64,000 nucleotides of DNA from the human T2T-CHM13v2.0 reference genome, Homo sapiens. The notes under the pieces are model-generated. The model was given only the letters and a program-made list of their open reading frames with translations. It was not told the origin of the DNA and searched no databases. The stretch lies in assembly GCF_009914755.1 (NCBI RefSeq), contig NC_060928.1, one strand, 5' to 3'. Shown piece by piece: positions 13,020 through 29,254 of the stretch; the stretch's first letter is position 1; each line of letters begins with the position of its first letter. The translations under genes and the position numbers were made by a program.

Positions 13020-13900
13020 ACACTGCTGGTTTCCAAACCAAAAGTCATCTGTATCCTACTCTGGTCCCATATCTTCATCTTCTTGGCTGGAAAAGCCTGC
13101 TTTCTACAACAGAAAGTAAATATTCTAGAAAATTATAGAAAATTGCTTTAGTTGTTTTTGTTGAATTTGGGGATATTACTTGGTCCTTGCCAGAAGAATC
13201 AGGGAAATTCTGGAAAGTTTTTCTTCCTGACAAAAAGAAACACACACGAGCAGTTCAAAAACTACTTCTTTCTGTCTTTGGATGCTGCCGTGTAGAGACA
13301 TGATGCCTTGAGCTGCAACAGTCACCCTGTAGGTATGGGCAAGCAAGCTGAGCCTAAAATTCAAATCACTGAGCAGGGCAAAGTACAAAAATGAAAAACT
13401 TGAGTACTTGATTACTGTTACATAATGAATGTTTTTCTCCCCACGAAGTTTACTTGTTGAAAGCTTAATTTCAATGTGATAGTATTTTAGGTGGGGCTTT
13501 TGGGAGGTAACTAGACTCCTATGAATGGGATTGGTGCTCTTATAAGAAGAAGCCATAGAACTAGCTAGCTCTCATTCTATCATGTGAAAATACAATGAAG
13601 TCTACAACCTGGAAGAGGATCCTCACTTAACTCAATGATGCTATTTCAATAGTTCCCTGATCTTGGATTTCCAGCCTCCAGAACTGTAAGAAATAAATTT
13701 ATGTCACATATATAAGGCACCTAGTCTATGGTGCTTTGTTATGGTCCAAAGTGATCAAGACAGTAACATTATTACACTGCAGACCTGGAACTCCCCTGTG
13801 CTAAATGTCCAGATATGTGTCACATAATAAAGGTCATTTTGCTTAAGACATTTCTAGATGGTTATTCAGTCACTTATAGGTAACAGCATCCTATCAATAT
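13020..13900 (+). mobile_element. Old MLT1 (MaLR) LTR containing a nested younger MaLR LTR
   Basis: ttctgtctttggatgctgcc...atgatgccttgagctgcaacagtcacc...; end aacagcatcctatcaatata. Confidence 0.55.
13416..13762 (+). mobile_element. MST/MLT1A-type MaLR solo LTR
   Basis: aatgtgatagtattttaggtggggcttttgggagg...atgaatgggattggtgctcttataag...ttccagcctccagaactgtaagaaataaattt...aagaca. Confidence 0.8.
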
Positions 13901-14492
13901 AATGGTTTCATCTAAAGATATTAAGAGTATTACTAATATCTTCATAAAATTTGTTATGATATAAATAAAAATGATTAATATGATCAATTTATAGCATTTT
14001 GAAGACTAACATGACTCCTTTGAATATGAGTATGAGTTTAATTACTATTGCTTCCATCTAAGTCAGTTTCATTTAGGAGTAGTAATGCAAACCAAAGAAA
14101 TAGGTTTTCTATTTTAAGGTTGCCTATTGATAATGAAAGAAGTATAATAACTTTTTAAAATATGGGTTTAGACCAGTGCAGAAATAATTGAGATGGAGAA
14201 TGAACCTCTCTACACCCTTCCATTATGAGCATGCAGAGATGGCGAATTATAAACAAAGAGAATTCTGCTTGTCCATTCTGTTTCTTTCTAAAGGTATAAA
14301 AATAAAACCTTGATAAGGGCAGTTTCCTTTTGGGGTAGCAGCAAGTGGGAGAGGTCTAGAAGGCTTCCAGTTCTTTTGTGCAGGTGGTATGCTTTCCCTC
14401 TTACCTTTTCCTTAAAACCACAGGACTGACACAGACCAGGGTTCAATTCTGGCAACTACCCAATTACATTACCAAAGTAGAAGATCACAAAT

Positions 14493-14497
14493 GTGCG

Positions 14498-14543
<46 letters not shown>
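14493..14543. repeat. (CG)/(CA)n alternating purine-pyrimidine microsatellite
   Basis: gtgcgcacacgcgcgcgcacacac... seen directly. Confidence 0.95.
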
Positions 14544-14547
<4 letters not shown>

Positions 14548-14559
14548 GCTCACAGGCTA

Positions 14560-15335
14560 AATCTAGAAACCTAACAAGTACAACTACATCAAAAGGAAGA
14601 AAACAAACTGGGCAACATATGCTGTGTAAAAAAGAAATCTTGGAATAGATTGACTAAAATTTTATAATAATATTGGTAATTTTCACTAAGGGTATAAAGG
14701 AAAAAATTAACCATATGAAACAAGAATTAAAATTACTTTTAAAAATAGAAAAAAATGAGAAAGGTAAGCAATAAAAAGTTTTTTTAAATAAAGACCACAA
14801 TAATTTGAATAAATAGTCAGATAGATTAAAAAAAAAAGACAAAGAAATTACTGTGTTAAACATCAAACCAAGGAATTCTCCGAGAAAGCACCAGCTAATA
14901 ATATATTTAAAAGTTTTTTTTAAGTATAAGGGTATGGAGAATAGAAATAGAAATTGGAATATCCAGGAGATAGAAATTCCAGAGGAAAAAACAAAAATGA
15001 AAAGAGGAAGTAATTGAAGAAATAATTGAAATAATTTCCGTAAAGTTAAAGATAAGAGACTAATTGAAAGGGTTCCTAAATAGGAGAAATATCAGACAAG
15101 AGAGGCAAGTAAAACTCCAAACCTGTGCACATTAGAGTGACATTGCAGAAAATTAAAGATAAATTCTAAAGGCTTCAAGAACAGACTAACCATACTGCAT
15201 ATTCAGATTTGCATCAAATTGTTCCGGCAATACTAGTAGTAGAAAGATAATGGAATAATATGTTAAAGATATTAAATAAAAATAATTGTATATTTAGAAT
15301 TTTATACCTAGCCAAACTGTCATTTAAATTTGAGA
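14560..15335 (+). mobile_element. Old L1M ORF1-region fragment
   Basis: A-rich; aattccagaggaaaaa...gaagaaataattgaaataatttcc...tagaattttatacctagccaaactgtcatt. Confidence 0.55.
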
Positions 15336-15340
15336 ACATA

Positions 15341-15957
15341 ATAGTCTTAAAGTAGGTAATTTTAAGATGGCCCCAAGATCTCGGGCCCCTTACATACACA
15401 CCTGCCATAATTTCCCAGAGTATAAATATTTTACTGCTATGATGAGTTATGTCAGGTGGTATACTTGACTTTAAGAAAGGAATGTTATCCAACTGGCTTA
15501 GTCTAATCACAAGAGCCCCTTAAATCTGAGTACAGAGGACAGAGAAAAGGGGAGTCAGAACTTTGAAATAGAGACATACTCCTGCTGGCATGGAAGAAGC
15601 CACCAACAAGTTGTAGAGAGGGTCACATGGTGCAGGGAGTGGCAAACAGCCTCTAGGAGCTAGGAATGGCCCCCTGGTCAACAGCCAGCAAGAAAAAGGA
15701 GATCTCAGTCCTGTAATCACCAGGAACTACATTCTTCCCACAACCAAAATGAGTTTGGAACTGGATTTTCCCTGGAACTTCCAGACAAGAACTAAGCCAA
15801 GCCAACATCTTATCTCTAGCCACCTGAGCCACTAAATGGAGGACTCAGGCATCTAAGCAGAACTCCTAACCTACTGAAATGGTGAGATAATAAATTCATG
15901 TTGTTTTAAGCTGCTAAATTTATGGCAAACTTCTGCATAGCAATAAAAACTAATGCA
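15341..15957 (+). mobile_element. MLT1 (E/F/G-like) MaLR LTR
   Basis: aattttaagatggccccaagatctc...cagccagcaagaaaaaggagatctcagtcc...gagataataaattcatgttgttttaagctgctaaatttatggc...aaaactaatgca. Confidence 0.8.
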
Positions 15958-16639
15958 GAAGTATTCATGCATAAGTACTATATTAAAACCAACTGGAGTT
16001 TTCAAATAGAAAGAAAATACTAGGCAATACTTTAAGATGAGAACAAATCAAGAACAGAAAATGATACTATTATTTCACTAACAAACATGTTTGAAGAGCT
16101 CCTAAATAAAAGATTAACTAGTTAATTCCCATTATATATTCCCAATTTTCCTAAGATTATAATCCTAATTATATGTATATAATTATAATTAATTATAGTT
16201 CCTTTTGAGGCATAACAAGTTACCCAAATTATTGGTGTGAAAAAAACCCAAGTGTTTTGCTTTTCTCAGGCTTTATGGATAGGGATTATGGGAAGAACTG
16301 AGCAGAGTTCTCACTCAGTCTCATTTGGTTGCAGTTAGATGTTGGCTGAGACTGTAATCTTCTACCTTTGCCTGATAGTTAAATGCTGAATTTGAGTGTG
16401 GCATGTATTAAGAATTGGCAGAATTTAAAACGTCTCCTGTGGTCTGACCAAAATGTCTTTAAAGATTATTGTCTTATTTGGGACACAAGAATCTTATCTA
16501 CCAGTCAAAGCTGAGACATGATTTTATTGTTCTAGCTACTGTCTGCCTTTCTCCCAGAAACAATGACCGTTATTGCTCCTGTAATAGGTTGGAAGCCCCA
16601 GAGCAACACAATCAAAAATCGAATCTGATATGGAAATTT

Positions 16640-18310
16640 CGCACATATTTGTATTACTATGAGTTACACTACTATATGCCAAGTGCTGTGCACAGTCTTA
16701 GTTATAAAAATCAATAAGATAATATTTCTGCCCAAGTGGAGTTCCTAATCTCATAGCAGAGAAAAAATATATAAAGAGCTAACCACAATTACACACAACT
16801 AATCCTATAATAATGGTAAAAACAAAGCAATGTGGGAGCACAGAGAAAGCTCAACTAAAAGTACCCAGAAAACAGGTGTGCCTTAGTACTATATTTCCAT
16901 TGTATTTATACATTGAAATTGGACTATATCAATGGCAAAAGATAATATAATTTAGAGAACATGTTGTATATCCTAACCAGGGAGCAGAAAATGTCAACAT
17001 CTTTTATATTAAAGGAAAATTGTTTCTTGCAATTTCAGTGTATTTGACCATGAGGAAAACAAATCAGTTTTTGCTCTTTCTTGTTTATCATTTCTTTTCT
17101 TGTTTATTACTCTTATTTATTATAGTTTAGCTTTGTTTGTTTAAAGATGATTTTCTGAAATTCAGTTTTCCTAAGATTATTTATTGAGGCATGCAGTTTT
17201 GTCTTCAAAAATTAAATTTTTCTCTTTTTAAAATCTAATATTAACCTTGACCATTATTTGTAATTACCTACGATTTGTGCAACATTAGTGAAATGCTGTG
17301 GGACATTTCTGGATGAAAAACATCAAAGATTTTGCCCTACAAGTCTTAAATTCTGGTAGGAGAGACGGCAGCATGAAAATAGTATGATATCAGATAAAAT
17401 AAAATAAATGCCATCAAAATGTTATGGAAAACAAAGTAAATGTTTCACGAGTTTTGATCGTCATGATTATTGTTTTTGGTTGCTCCCTGTATCCTCAATG
17501 ACATAATGCATCTTCAGTTTATATTTTTAATATTTTTATAATTTCATCCTTTTTAAGAGTTATAACTTAAAAAGTGGCTCCAGGTGAGAACACTAAGGTC
17601 AGAGAAGTCCATTGTCATATGGTTCAACGGCAAGATTCTGACACAGTGTTTCACAATGTTTATTAGCTAGACCAGGTACTGCAAAATTCATGGGCTGTGG
17701 TTAAATTTGGCTCACAGATATGTCTTAATATTGTGATCATTTTTAGCTATTTAAGTATTTCAAAATAGTTTCTAGCAGAGCATGCCTTCTTAAATATATA
17801 TATAAAATATACGTATTATATATGTGTACACACACACAGACACACATATATGTGTGATTTGGCCATCTTACAATGGTTGAGCCTCCAAAGGCATCTGGGT
17901 CTAAAATTCCTTCTGAATCTATGCCCTACAGTATATGCAACACACTGCATGAAATGCAGCAGTGGCAGTTCCCAAAACCTGTTGTGTTCTGTTTAGCTTC
18001 TGGGTATTTGAACTGCTGTTCCCACTGCATGGAATAAGTTCCTCCACAATTTCTTTTTTGTTAAACTAAGTATAATTTATTTGAAGACTCAGATACGAGG
18101 GCCCCTCCAAGGATGTTGGGCCAGACTGGTTTTGCCATGTCTTCTACTTGTAAGCACTACATTCTGAATTTATTAAGACATTTTAAAGTCTATATTGTAA
18201 CCATTTATTTCCTTCCAAATTGAGAGCAGATACCATCTCTGCATCTTGGAATCTTAGTGTTGTGCAGTATCTCAGGCTCATAGAAAAACTTCAATAAGTG
18301 TTTATTGAAA
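16640..18310. mobile_element. Scattered L2 3'-end fragments (~16640-16870, ~17250-17400, ~17990-18310)
   Basis: ctactatatgccaagtgctgtg...ggagttcctaatctcatag; ctgctgttcccactgcatggaata...tcaataagtgtttattgaa. Confidence 0.5.
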
Positions 18311-19199
18311 AACTATTATTTTGTCAAGTTGTTTAGAGATGATAAAAATTTTATGAGAGTTCAATATTTGTTAGCACTTTCTTAGAAAAGTACTCTAGCA
18401 TAAGCATGTTCTTTGAATGTGATTCACATTGTACCCTTATATGCCTTTGATTATATTTTAAAATCCACTAGGGAAAATAATTACAAATCTAACATATACA
18501 AAGTCAAAATTATATGGAAAAGGGAGGAATAGATACATTTTTAAAAATGTTACTACCTGAAAACATTTTTGAAAGTATAGCTTAATAAAAGTGTATCTAA
18601 CTGAAAGGAAATAAAATATACAAGAGTGTAGAACAAAGAAACTACTAAAATTTATATTAAAGCCCAAAGAATAGTTGACAGTATGACTACAATGCTTCAG
18701 GAAATTGTCAAGCCTTGATTCTTAAAAACAATACAGGCATAGAAATTTCCCAATATTTTCAACAGATCATGGGAGTTAACAATGATGGAGAAGAGAAAAA
18801 AGTAAAATCATTCTAAGAGTCTTGTGAGTATTATGGTCGGCTAAGGTTCTAATTAGTTCTGGATGTCAATAGAAAATACAATCAAATGCATGAATTAAAT
18901 CTTAAATGTAATCTTTCTTCATCTTATTAGGATGTAAAAATTTCCATGAGAGCATTATCTTCATCAGAAGAATGAGAAGAAGTTGGATAACTGACAAAAA
19001 TCACAGCTTTATTATTTCAGCCTAGCTGAGATCACAGAGCAGTGTAATGAACCACATGTAAAAAGATACCAATCCTCCCTAGGAAACAAGAGACCTAAGG
19101 CTAATTTCATCCTTGACAGGGCAGAGAGAGGAAGAAGCAGCTCCAAGAGACATAGACATCTTTAGAGAGCCATTATCCTACCATGCCACAGACAGGAAA

Positions 19200-20699
19200 T
19201 TTCACTGGAGATATGGATTATAAAAGTCAAGTGTAAATGCTAAAAATAAAAAAATAATAATAAAAAGATAAAGAATTTTTTGATGAGCATCTTGGTAGAC
19301 AAATAGAGCAGATCACCTACTGAACCCCAAAGCATATATCAATAAATTTAAAAGTATTAAAAAGATACATAGTATGTTCACTGATATAACAATAATGTTA
19401 GGGATTAAGAACAATGACATGTCTAAGAAATCTCAAGATATTTGAAAATTATGCAGCCCCTAGGTCAAAGAAAAAATCACAGAGAAAATTAGAACACAGA
19501 TTCAATGAAAAGATAATGAAAGTAATGCATATCAAACTGCGTGGGATGCAACAAAGAAAGATCCTTAGAGGAACATTATATCACTATGCGGCTATGACAC
19601 AAAAAAAGAAAACGTATAAAATCCATGATCTATTGTTACCAGCTTAAGGTGGAGAGAGAGGACAAACTACACAGAAAGTGAGGAGAACAAAAGAAATAAG
19701 AATTAAATCAGACATAAATGAAATATAAAACATAAGATTAAAAAATGAATAGAGCATCAACAAAATCAAAGGTTGGTTTATTGAAGATAGTAATAATATT
19801 GTTAAATCTGTAGCAAGCCCAGTGAAGAAAAAGGACATGAAACCATTAATCAATAATTTTATAAAGAAACATACTAGTAGTTATGAAATATTATAAGATA
19901 ATAAAGGGCTATTAAGGATATTATGTCAGAAGTTAACAATTTAAATAAAAGAAAGTTCTTTGGAAAGAAACAACTTTCTAAAATTAGCACAAGGGGCTGG
20001 GCATGGTGACTCATGCCTGTAATCCCAGTACTTTGGGAGAACAAGGCAGGGGATCACCTGAGGTCAGGAGTTTGAGACCAGCCTGGCCAACATGATGAAA
20101 CTCCGTCTCTACTAAAAATACAAAAATTAGCCGGGCATAGTGGTGCATGCCTGTAATCCCAGCTACTCAGGAGGCTAAACAGAAGAATTGCTTGAACCTG
20201 GGAGGTGGAGTTTGCAGTGAGCCAAGATTGCACCAGTGTACTCCAGCCTGGGTGGTAGAGTGAGACTCCATCTCAAAAACAAAAAAAAGGAAATTGATAA
20301 TTGCAGTTGTTTTGTATCTGTTAAAGAAAGTGAATTTTTACTTTAAAAACTTACCACAAAGGAAACCCTAGGATCAAATTTTTTCACTAGTAAATTTTCT
20401 CAAACATTAAAGGAAGAGTACGCAAATTATTTCAGAAAATAAAGGAGAAGAGAACACTTATCAACTCACTCTGTAAGGACAGCATAACATTAACACCCAA
20501 ACCAATGAAGGCTATTACAAGAAAACAAAGTTACAAACCAATATCTCTCCTAAGTCTACAAATAACATTATTATTTATAATAATTATAAGAATTATTAGC
20601 AAATAATTTATACACACACACATCACACAAAGGACAACTAGACAAAGTGGGGTATATATCAAGAATAAAGGTTAGATAACCATTCAAAATGAATTAATA
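19200..20699 (+). mobile_element. Old L1M ORF1/ORF2 fragments
   Basis: aaaatcaaaggttggtttattgaa...aaaccaatatctctc, L1 ORF2-like. Confidence 0.65.
19995..20288 (+). mobile_element. AluS
   Basis: ggctgggcatggtgactcatgcctgtaatcccag... dimeric Alu with A tail. Confidence 0.95.
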
Positions 20700-22600
20700 G
20701 TATAGTTTGTAGTCTGGTAATGTAATGTCTCCAGATTTGTTCTTTTCACTTAGTCTTGCTTTGGCTATGAGGGCTCTTTTTGGTTCCATATGAATTTTAG
20801 GATTGTTTTTTCTAGTTCTGTGAAGAAAGATGGTGGTATTTTGATGGGAATTGCATTGAATTTGTAGATTGCTTTGGACAGTATGGTCATTTTCACAATA
20901 TTCATTCTATCCATCCCTGAGCATGGGATGTGTTTCCATTTGTTTGTGTCATCTATGATTTCTTTCAGCAGTGTTTCGCAGTTTTCATTGTAGAGAACTT
21001 TCACCTCCTTTGTTTCGCATAATCTTAAGTATTTTAGTTTTTTGCAGCTATTGTAAAAGGCATTAGTTATTAGTTATTATTGTAAAGGGGATTAATTATA
21101 GTAAAAGGGATGAGTTATAGTCACCAAAACAGCATGGTACTGTTACAAAAACAGGCATATAGGCCAGTGGAATAGAATAGAGAACGCAGAATTGAACCCA
21201 AGTACTTACAGTCAATGGATCTTTGACAAGCAAACAAAAACATAAAGTGGGGAAAGGACACCCTATTCAACAAATGGTGTTGTGATAATTTGCAAGCTAC
21301 ATGTAGAAGAATGAAAATGGATCCTCATCTCTCACCTTATACAAAAATCAATTAAAAGTGGATCAAAGACTTAAACCTAAGACCTGAAACCATAAAGATT
21401 CTAGAAGGTAACTTTGGAAACACCCTTCTAGACATTAGCTTAGGGAAAGACTTCAAGACCAAGGACCCAAAAGCATATGCAATGAAAACAAAGATAAATA
21501 GATGAGACTTAATTAAATTAAAAAGCTCATGCACAGCAAAAGAAATAATCAGCAGAGTTAACAGGCACCCCACAGAGTGGGAGAAAATCATTGCAAATTA
21601 TAAATCCTACAAAGGACTAATATCCATAATCTACAAGGAACTCAAATGAATCAGCAAGTAAAAACAAACAAAAAGTGGGCTAAGGACATGAATAGACAAT
21701 TCTCAAAAGAAGATATAATACTAATGGCCAATGAATATATGAAAAAATGCCCAACATCACTAATTATCAAAGAAATGCCAATCAAAACCACAATGTGATA
21801 CCACCTCACTTCTGCAGGAATGGCCATAATCATAAATCAAAAGACAAAAGATGTTGGTGGGGATGTGGTGAAAAGGATTACCCTGTTGGTGGGAATGTAA
21901 GCTAATACAACCACCATGGAGAACAGTGTAGAGATTCCTTAAAAAACTAAAAGTAGAGCTACCGTTCGATCCAGCAATCCCATTTCTGGGTGTCTACCAA
22001 AAGCAAAAAAAGTAATTATATGGAAACGATATTTACACATGCATGTTTATAGCAGCACAATTTGCAATTGCAAAAAATGAACCACCCCAAATGCCCATCA
22101 ATAAATGAGTGGATAAAGAAAATGTGATCATATATGGTATATATATAATATATATGGTATGTATATATAATATATATGGTATATATATATTTCATATATG
22201 GTATATATAATATATGTATATATTATATATATATACACACACACACACCATGAAATACTACTCAACTGTAAAAAAGAATAAAATAATGGCATTTCTAGCA
22301 ACCTGAATGGAATTGGAGACTATTATTCTAAGTGAAGTAACTCAGGAATGGAAAACCAAACGTCATGTGTTCTCACTTATAAGTGGGAGTTAATCTGTGA
22401 GGATGCAAAGACATAAGAATGATACAATGGACTTTGGGGACTCAGGAAAAGAGTGGGAGGGGGGCGAGGGATAAAGGATTACACATTGGGTAAAGTGTAT
22501 ACTGCTTAGGTGATGGGTGCACCAAAATCTCGGAAATCACCACTAAAGAACTTATTTATCTAACCAAACACCACCAGTTTCCCAAAAACCTATTGAAAAA
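20700..22600 (+). mobile_element. L1PB 3' portion with 5' inversion (20700-~21060 antisense, ~21116-22600 sense)
   Basis: Antisense ORF2 piece (ORF 20765-21004 minus, KWKHIPCS...[12 protein letters not shown]), then sense tatagtcaccaaaacagcatgg to L1PB 3' end cccaaaaacctattgaaaaa; candidate TSD aaaatgaattaata / aaaataagttaata. Confidence 0.9.
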
Positions 22601-22624
22601 AATAAGTTAATATAATTAGCATAT

Positions 22625-24895
22625 TTCATATTGTCCATTCATCAGTCAATGGACATTTCAGTTGTTTCCACCTTTAGGCTATTACAGTAATGCTGCTACA
22701 AACATTCATGCAGAAGATTTTGTGTGGAAATATGTTTTCATTTCTCCTGGGAATATATATATATATATATATATAATGAGTGTAAATACTCAGTCATACG
22801 GTGCTATGGGTTGACTTGTATGCCCCAGAAAAGATAGGTGGGAGTCTTAGCCCCTGGTACCTCAGAATGTGACTTATCTAGATAGAGGTTCTTTACAAAA
22901 GTAATCAAGTTAGAATGGGATCATTAGAGTGAGCCTTAATCCATTATGACTGGTGAACTTCAAAAGAAGAGAAATTTGGACACAGAAATGCATGGGGGAA
23001 AGAGGACAAGAAATAAGCAGAACACTGCAAGCCTGGAAAGACGTGTGGCTACAGAAGCTAGGAAAGAGGTAAGGGACAGATTCTCCCTGGTAGCCCTCAG
23101 AAAGAAACAACCCTGCCAACATTTGATTTTGGACTTCTAGCCCCCGGAAATGTAAGAAAATAAATTTCTGTTGTTTAAATCACCTAGTTTACGGTACTTT
23201 GTATGTTAGCCCCAGGAAACTTATACACACAGAAACTCTATGTGCAACCATGTGAGGAATTGTCAGACTGTTCTTCAGATTGGCTATATCATTTTGCATT
23301 CCCATCAGCAGTATACGAATGTTCTGTTTCTCCACATCCGTTTAACATATGTTATCTATTTTAATATTATCTGCCTTTCTTATTATAACCATCCTAGTGA
23401 CAGGGAAGTGGCATCATATTACGGAACTTTAGTTGCATTTCCCTGATGACTAACAATATTGAGCAGCTTTTCATGTGCTTATTGGCCACTTGCATATTTT
23501 CTACAGAAAAATGTTTATTCATATCCTTTGCCCATTTTAAAATTTGATCATTTGTCTTATTGCTGAGTTGTAAGTGTTATTTACATATTATAGATACATG
23601 TCTTTATTAGTCATATAATTTGAAAATATTTTTCCCATTCTATGAGTTGTCATTTTACTTTCTTGATAGTGTCCTTCTAAGCACAAAATATTTCAAATTT
23701 ATTTTTTAATTGAAATAAATTTCAATTTTTTTGCTTTATTCCTCAAGATTTTGATATTATTTTATAATTAATTGCCAAGTCTGAGGTCATGAAGATTTAC
23801 TTCTATGTTTTCTTCTTAGAATTTTATACTTTTAAGCCTTACATTTAAGGCTTTAATTCACTTTGAGTCCATTTGTATATATGATGTGAATTAAGGATCC
23901 AGTGTCATTCTTTTACATGTGTCTATCCAGCTGTCCCACAACAATTTGTTGAAAAAACTCTGCTTTCACCATTAAATAATCTGGGAACTCTTGTCAAAAA
24001 TCAGTTGACCACAGAAGCATGGTCAACAATTTTTGGTCTCAGTTCTATACCATTGATCTATGTGTTTACCCTTATTCCAGTACCACACTGTATCCATTGT
24101 TGCTTTGTAGTAAATTTCGAAAAAGGGAAATGTGAGTCCTTCAACTTTATTATCATTTTTCAAGATTGATTTGGCAACTCTAGGTCACCTGCATTACATA
24201 TCAATTTTAGCATCAACTTGTCAGGTTCTATAAAAAAAAGTCAGCTGAAATAATTGTAAGTATTGAATTGAATTTGTAGATCATTTTGGGGAACATTGCC
24301 ACTTTAACAGTATTAAAAACTCTTCCAAGCCAGGAACAATGAAAAATTTTTCCATTTATTTAGATTTTCTTTAATTTTTTAACAATGTTTTGTAGTTTTC
24401 GGATATAAATTTTGTACTTCTTTTATTAAAAATAGTTTTCCTAAGTATTTTATGCTTTTTGATCCTATTTTAAATGAAATTGCATTCTTAATTTTATTTT
24501 TGGATTGAGCATGCAAATGTATAGAAATACAATTTGCTTTTTTATATTGACTTCTATCCTGCAATCTTGTTGAACTCATTTATTGGTTCTAATATTTTTT
24601 AGTGCATTCCTTAGGATTTTCTATTATATATGAGATCATGTTACCTGTGAATAGAAATAGTTTTACTGGAAACAGTTTATTTCCTTACCTTTCCTAACTT
24701 CCCTGACTAGAACATCTGATACAATGATGAGTAGAAGTGTCAACAGTGGATATCCTTGTCTTTTTCCTGATCTTTCAGAGAAGGCATCTAGTTTCTCACC
24801 ATCAGGTATGATGTTAGAGTGGATTTTTTTACAGATGTCCTTTATCAGATGGAGGAAGTTCTCTTCTATTCCTAGTTTTTGAGTGTTTATTTTCA
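22625..24895 (-). mobile_element. L1MB/MC-type 3' UTR and ORF2 fragment
   Basis: Minus-strand ORF2-like peptides 24663-24896 (LGIEENFLHLIKDI...RSGKRQGYPL) and 3' UTR motifs. Confidence 0.8.
22802..23227 (+). mobile_element. MLT1B/C MaLR LTR
   Basis: tgctatgggttgacttgt...ggtacctcagaatgtgactt...gaagctaggaaagagg...ttggacttctagcc...aaacttataca. Confidence 0.85.
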
Positions 24896-24899
24896 TAAA

Positions 24900-25330
24900 A
24901 ATATATATTTAAGATATACAACATGTTTGTATACATACACACAAACACAGTTAATTATTACTACAATAAAGCAAACAAATACATCTATCTTCTCACATAG
25001 CTGCCTTTTTTGTTTGTGTGGTGAGAGCATCTAAAATCTACTCTTTTAGCAAATTTCCAATAAGCAATACAAATTTCCAATAAGCAATACAGTCATCATG
25101 CTGTACATTAGCTCTCTAGATTTATTCATCTTACATAAGGGCAACTTTGTACCCTTTGACCAACATCTCTCCATTTGCCCCAAACTTTTGTCTTTGGTAA
25201 ACACTATTCTATTTTCTGATTCTGTGCATTTGACTTTTTTAGATTCCACATATAAGTGTGGTCACGCAATGTTTTTCTTACTGTGTCTGGCTTATTTCAT
25301 TTAGCAAAATTTCCTTTGTGTTAAAAATTT
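24900..25330 (-). mobile_element. L1MA/MB 3' UTR fragment
   Basis: gtggtgagagcatctaaaatctactcttttagcaaatttc...ctgtacattagctctctag...ttttagattccacatataagtg. Confidence 0.75.
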
Positions 25331-25435
25331 CAAAATTTCCTTCAGTTTACACCATTTGTGACAACAAATGGCAAAAACTCACACAACTCAAGAGAAAAAA
25401 CAAAAACAAAAACAAAAACAAAAACAAAAACAAAA

Positions 25436-27975
<2,540 letters not shown>

Positions 27976-27983
27976 GGCTCTAA

Positions 27984-29254
27984 TGTGTGGGTTCTCGGTC
28001 TCACTGACTTCAAGAATGAATCCATGGAACCTCGCGGCGAGTGTTACAGCTCTTAAAGGCGCCGTGTCCAGAGTTTGTGCCTTCTGATGTTCGGATGTGT
28101 TCAGAGTTTCTTCCTTCTGGTGGGTTTGTGGTCTCACTGGCTCAGGAGTGAAGCTGCAGACCTTCATGGTGAGTGTTACAGCTCTTAAGGCTGTGCATCC
28201 GGAGTTGTTCATTCTTCGTGGTGGGTTCGTGGTCTTGCTGGCCTCAGGAGTGAGGCTGCAGACCTTCGTGGTGAGTGTTACAGCTCATAAAGGTAGTGCA
28301 GACCCAAAGAGGAAGCAACAGCAAGATTTATTGCAAAGAGCGAAAAAAACAAAGCTTCCACAACATGGAAGGGGACCCGAGTGGGTTGCCACTGCTGGCT
28401 TGGGCAGCCTGCTTTTATTCACTTATCTTGCCCCACCCACATCCCACTGATTGGTCCATTTTACAGAGAGCCGATTGGTCTGTTTTACAGAGAGCTGATT
28501 GGTCCATTTTGACAGAGTGCTGATTGGTGCCTTTACAATCCCTGAACTAGACACAAAAGTTCTCCGTGTCCCCACTAGATTTGCTAGATACAGAGTGCTG
28601 ACTGGTGCATTTACAAACCTTGAGCTAGATACAGAGTGCCGATTGGTGTATTTACAATCCCCTAGCTAGACATAAAGGTTCTCCAAGTCCCCACCAGACT
28701 CAGGAGCCCAGCTGGCTTCACCCAGTGGATCCCACACCTGGGCCACAGGTGGAGCTGCCTGCCAGTCCCCCGCAGTGGCCTGCACTCCTCAGCCCTTGGG
28801 TGGTCAATGGGACTGGGCGCTTTGGAGCAGGGGGTGGTGCTCCTCGGGGAAGCTCAGGCATGGGGGGCTGCAGGTCCCAAGCCCTGCCCCGTGGGGAGGC
28901 AGCTAAGGCCCAGGGAGAAATCGAGCACAGTGCCCGTGGGCCACCACTGCTGGGGGACCCAGCGCACCCTCCGCAGCTGTTGGCCCTGGTGCTAAGCCCC
29001 TCACTGCCCCGGGGCCGGCAGGGCCAGCCAATCTGAGTGTGGGGCCTGCCAAGCCCACGCCCACCCAGAACTCTAACTGGCCCGCAAGTGCCACGGGCAG
29101 CCCCGGTTGGGTTCGGCCAGCCCAGAGAAGGGCTCCCACGGTGCAGCTGCTGGCTGAAGGGCTCTTCAAGCACAGCCAGAGTGGGCGCCGAGGCTGAGGA
29201 GGCACCGAGAGCGAGCGAGGGCTGCAAGGGCTGCCAGCACGCTGTCACCTCTCA
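27984..29254 (-). mobile_element. LTR12 (ERV9) solo LTR, LTR12C-like
   Basis: Reverse strand starts tgagaggtgacagcgtgctggcagcc; repeated ctgattgg (CCAAT) units 28448-28646; GATA and TATA-like motifs 28413-28428; R/U5 repeats gagtgttacagctc; TSD ctaa/ctac. Confidence 0.93.

Noticed and set aside
28440-28680. Regularly spaced short repeats resembling a CRISPR-like array (also 39200-39380, 39530-39900)
   Set aside because: Normal internal U3 and R/U5 tandem repeats of LTR12; eukaryotic DNA, no unique spacers or cas genes.
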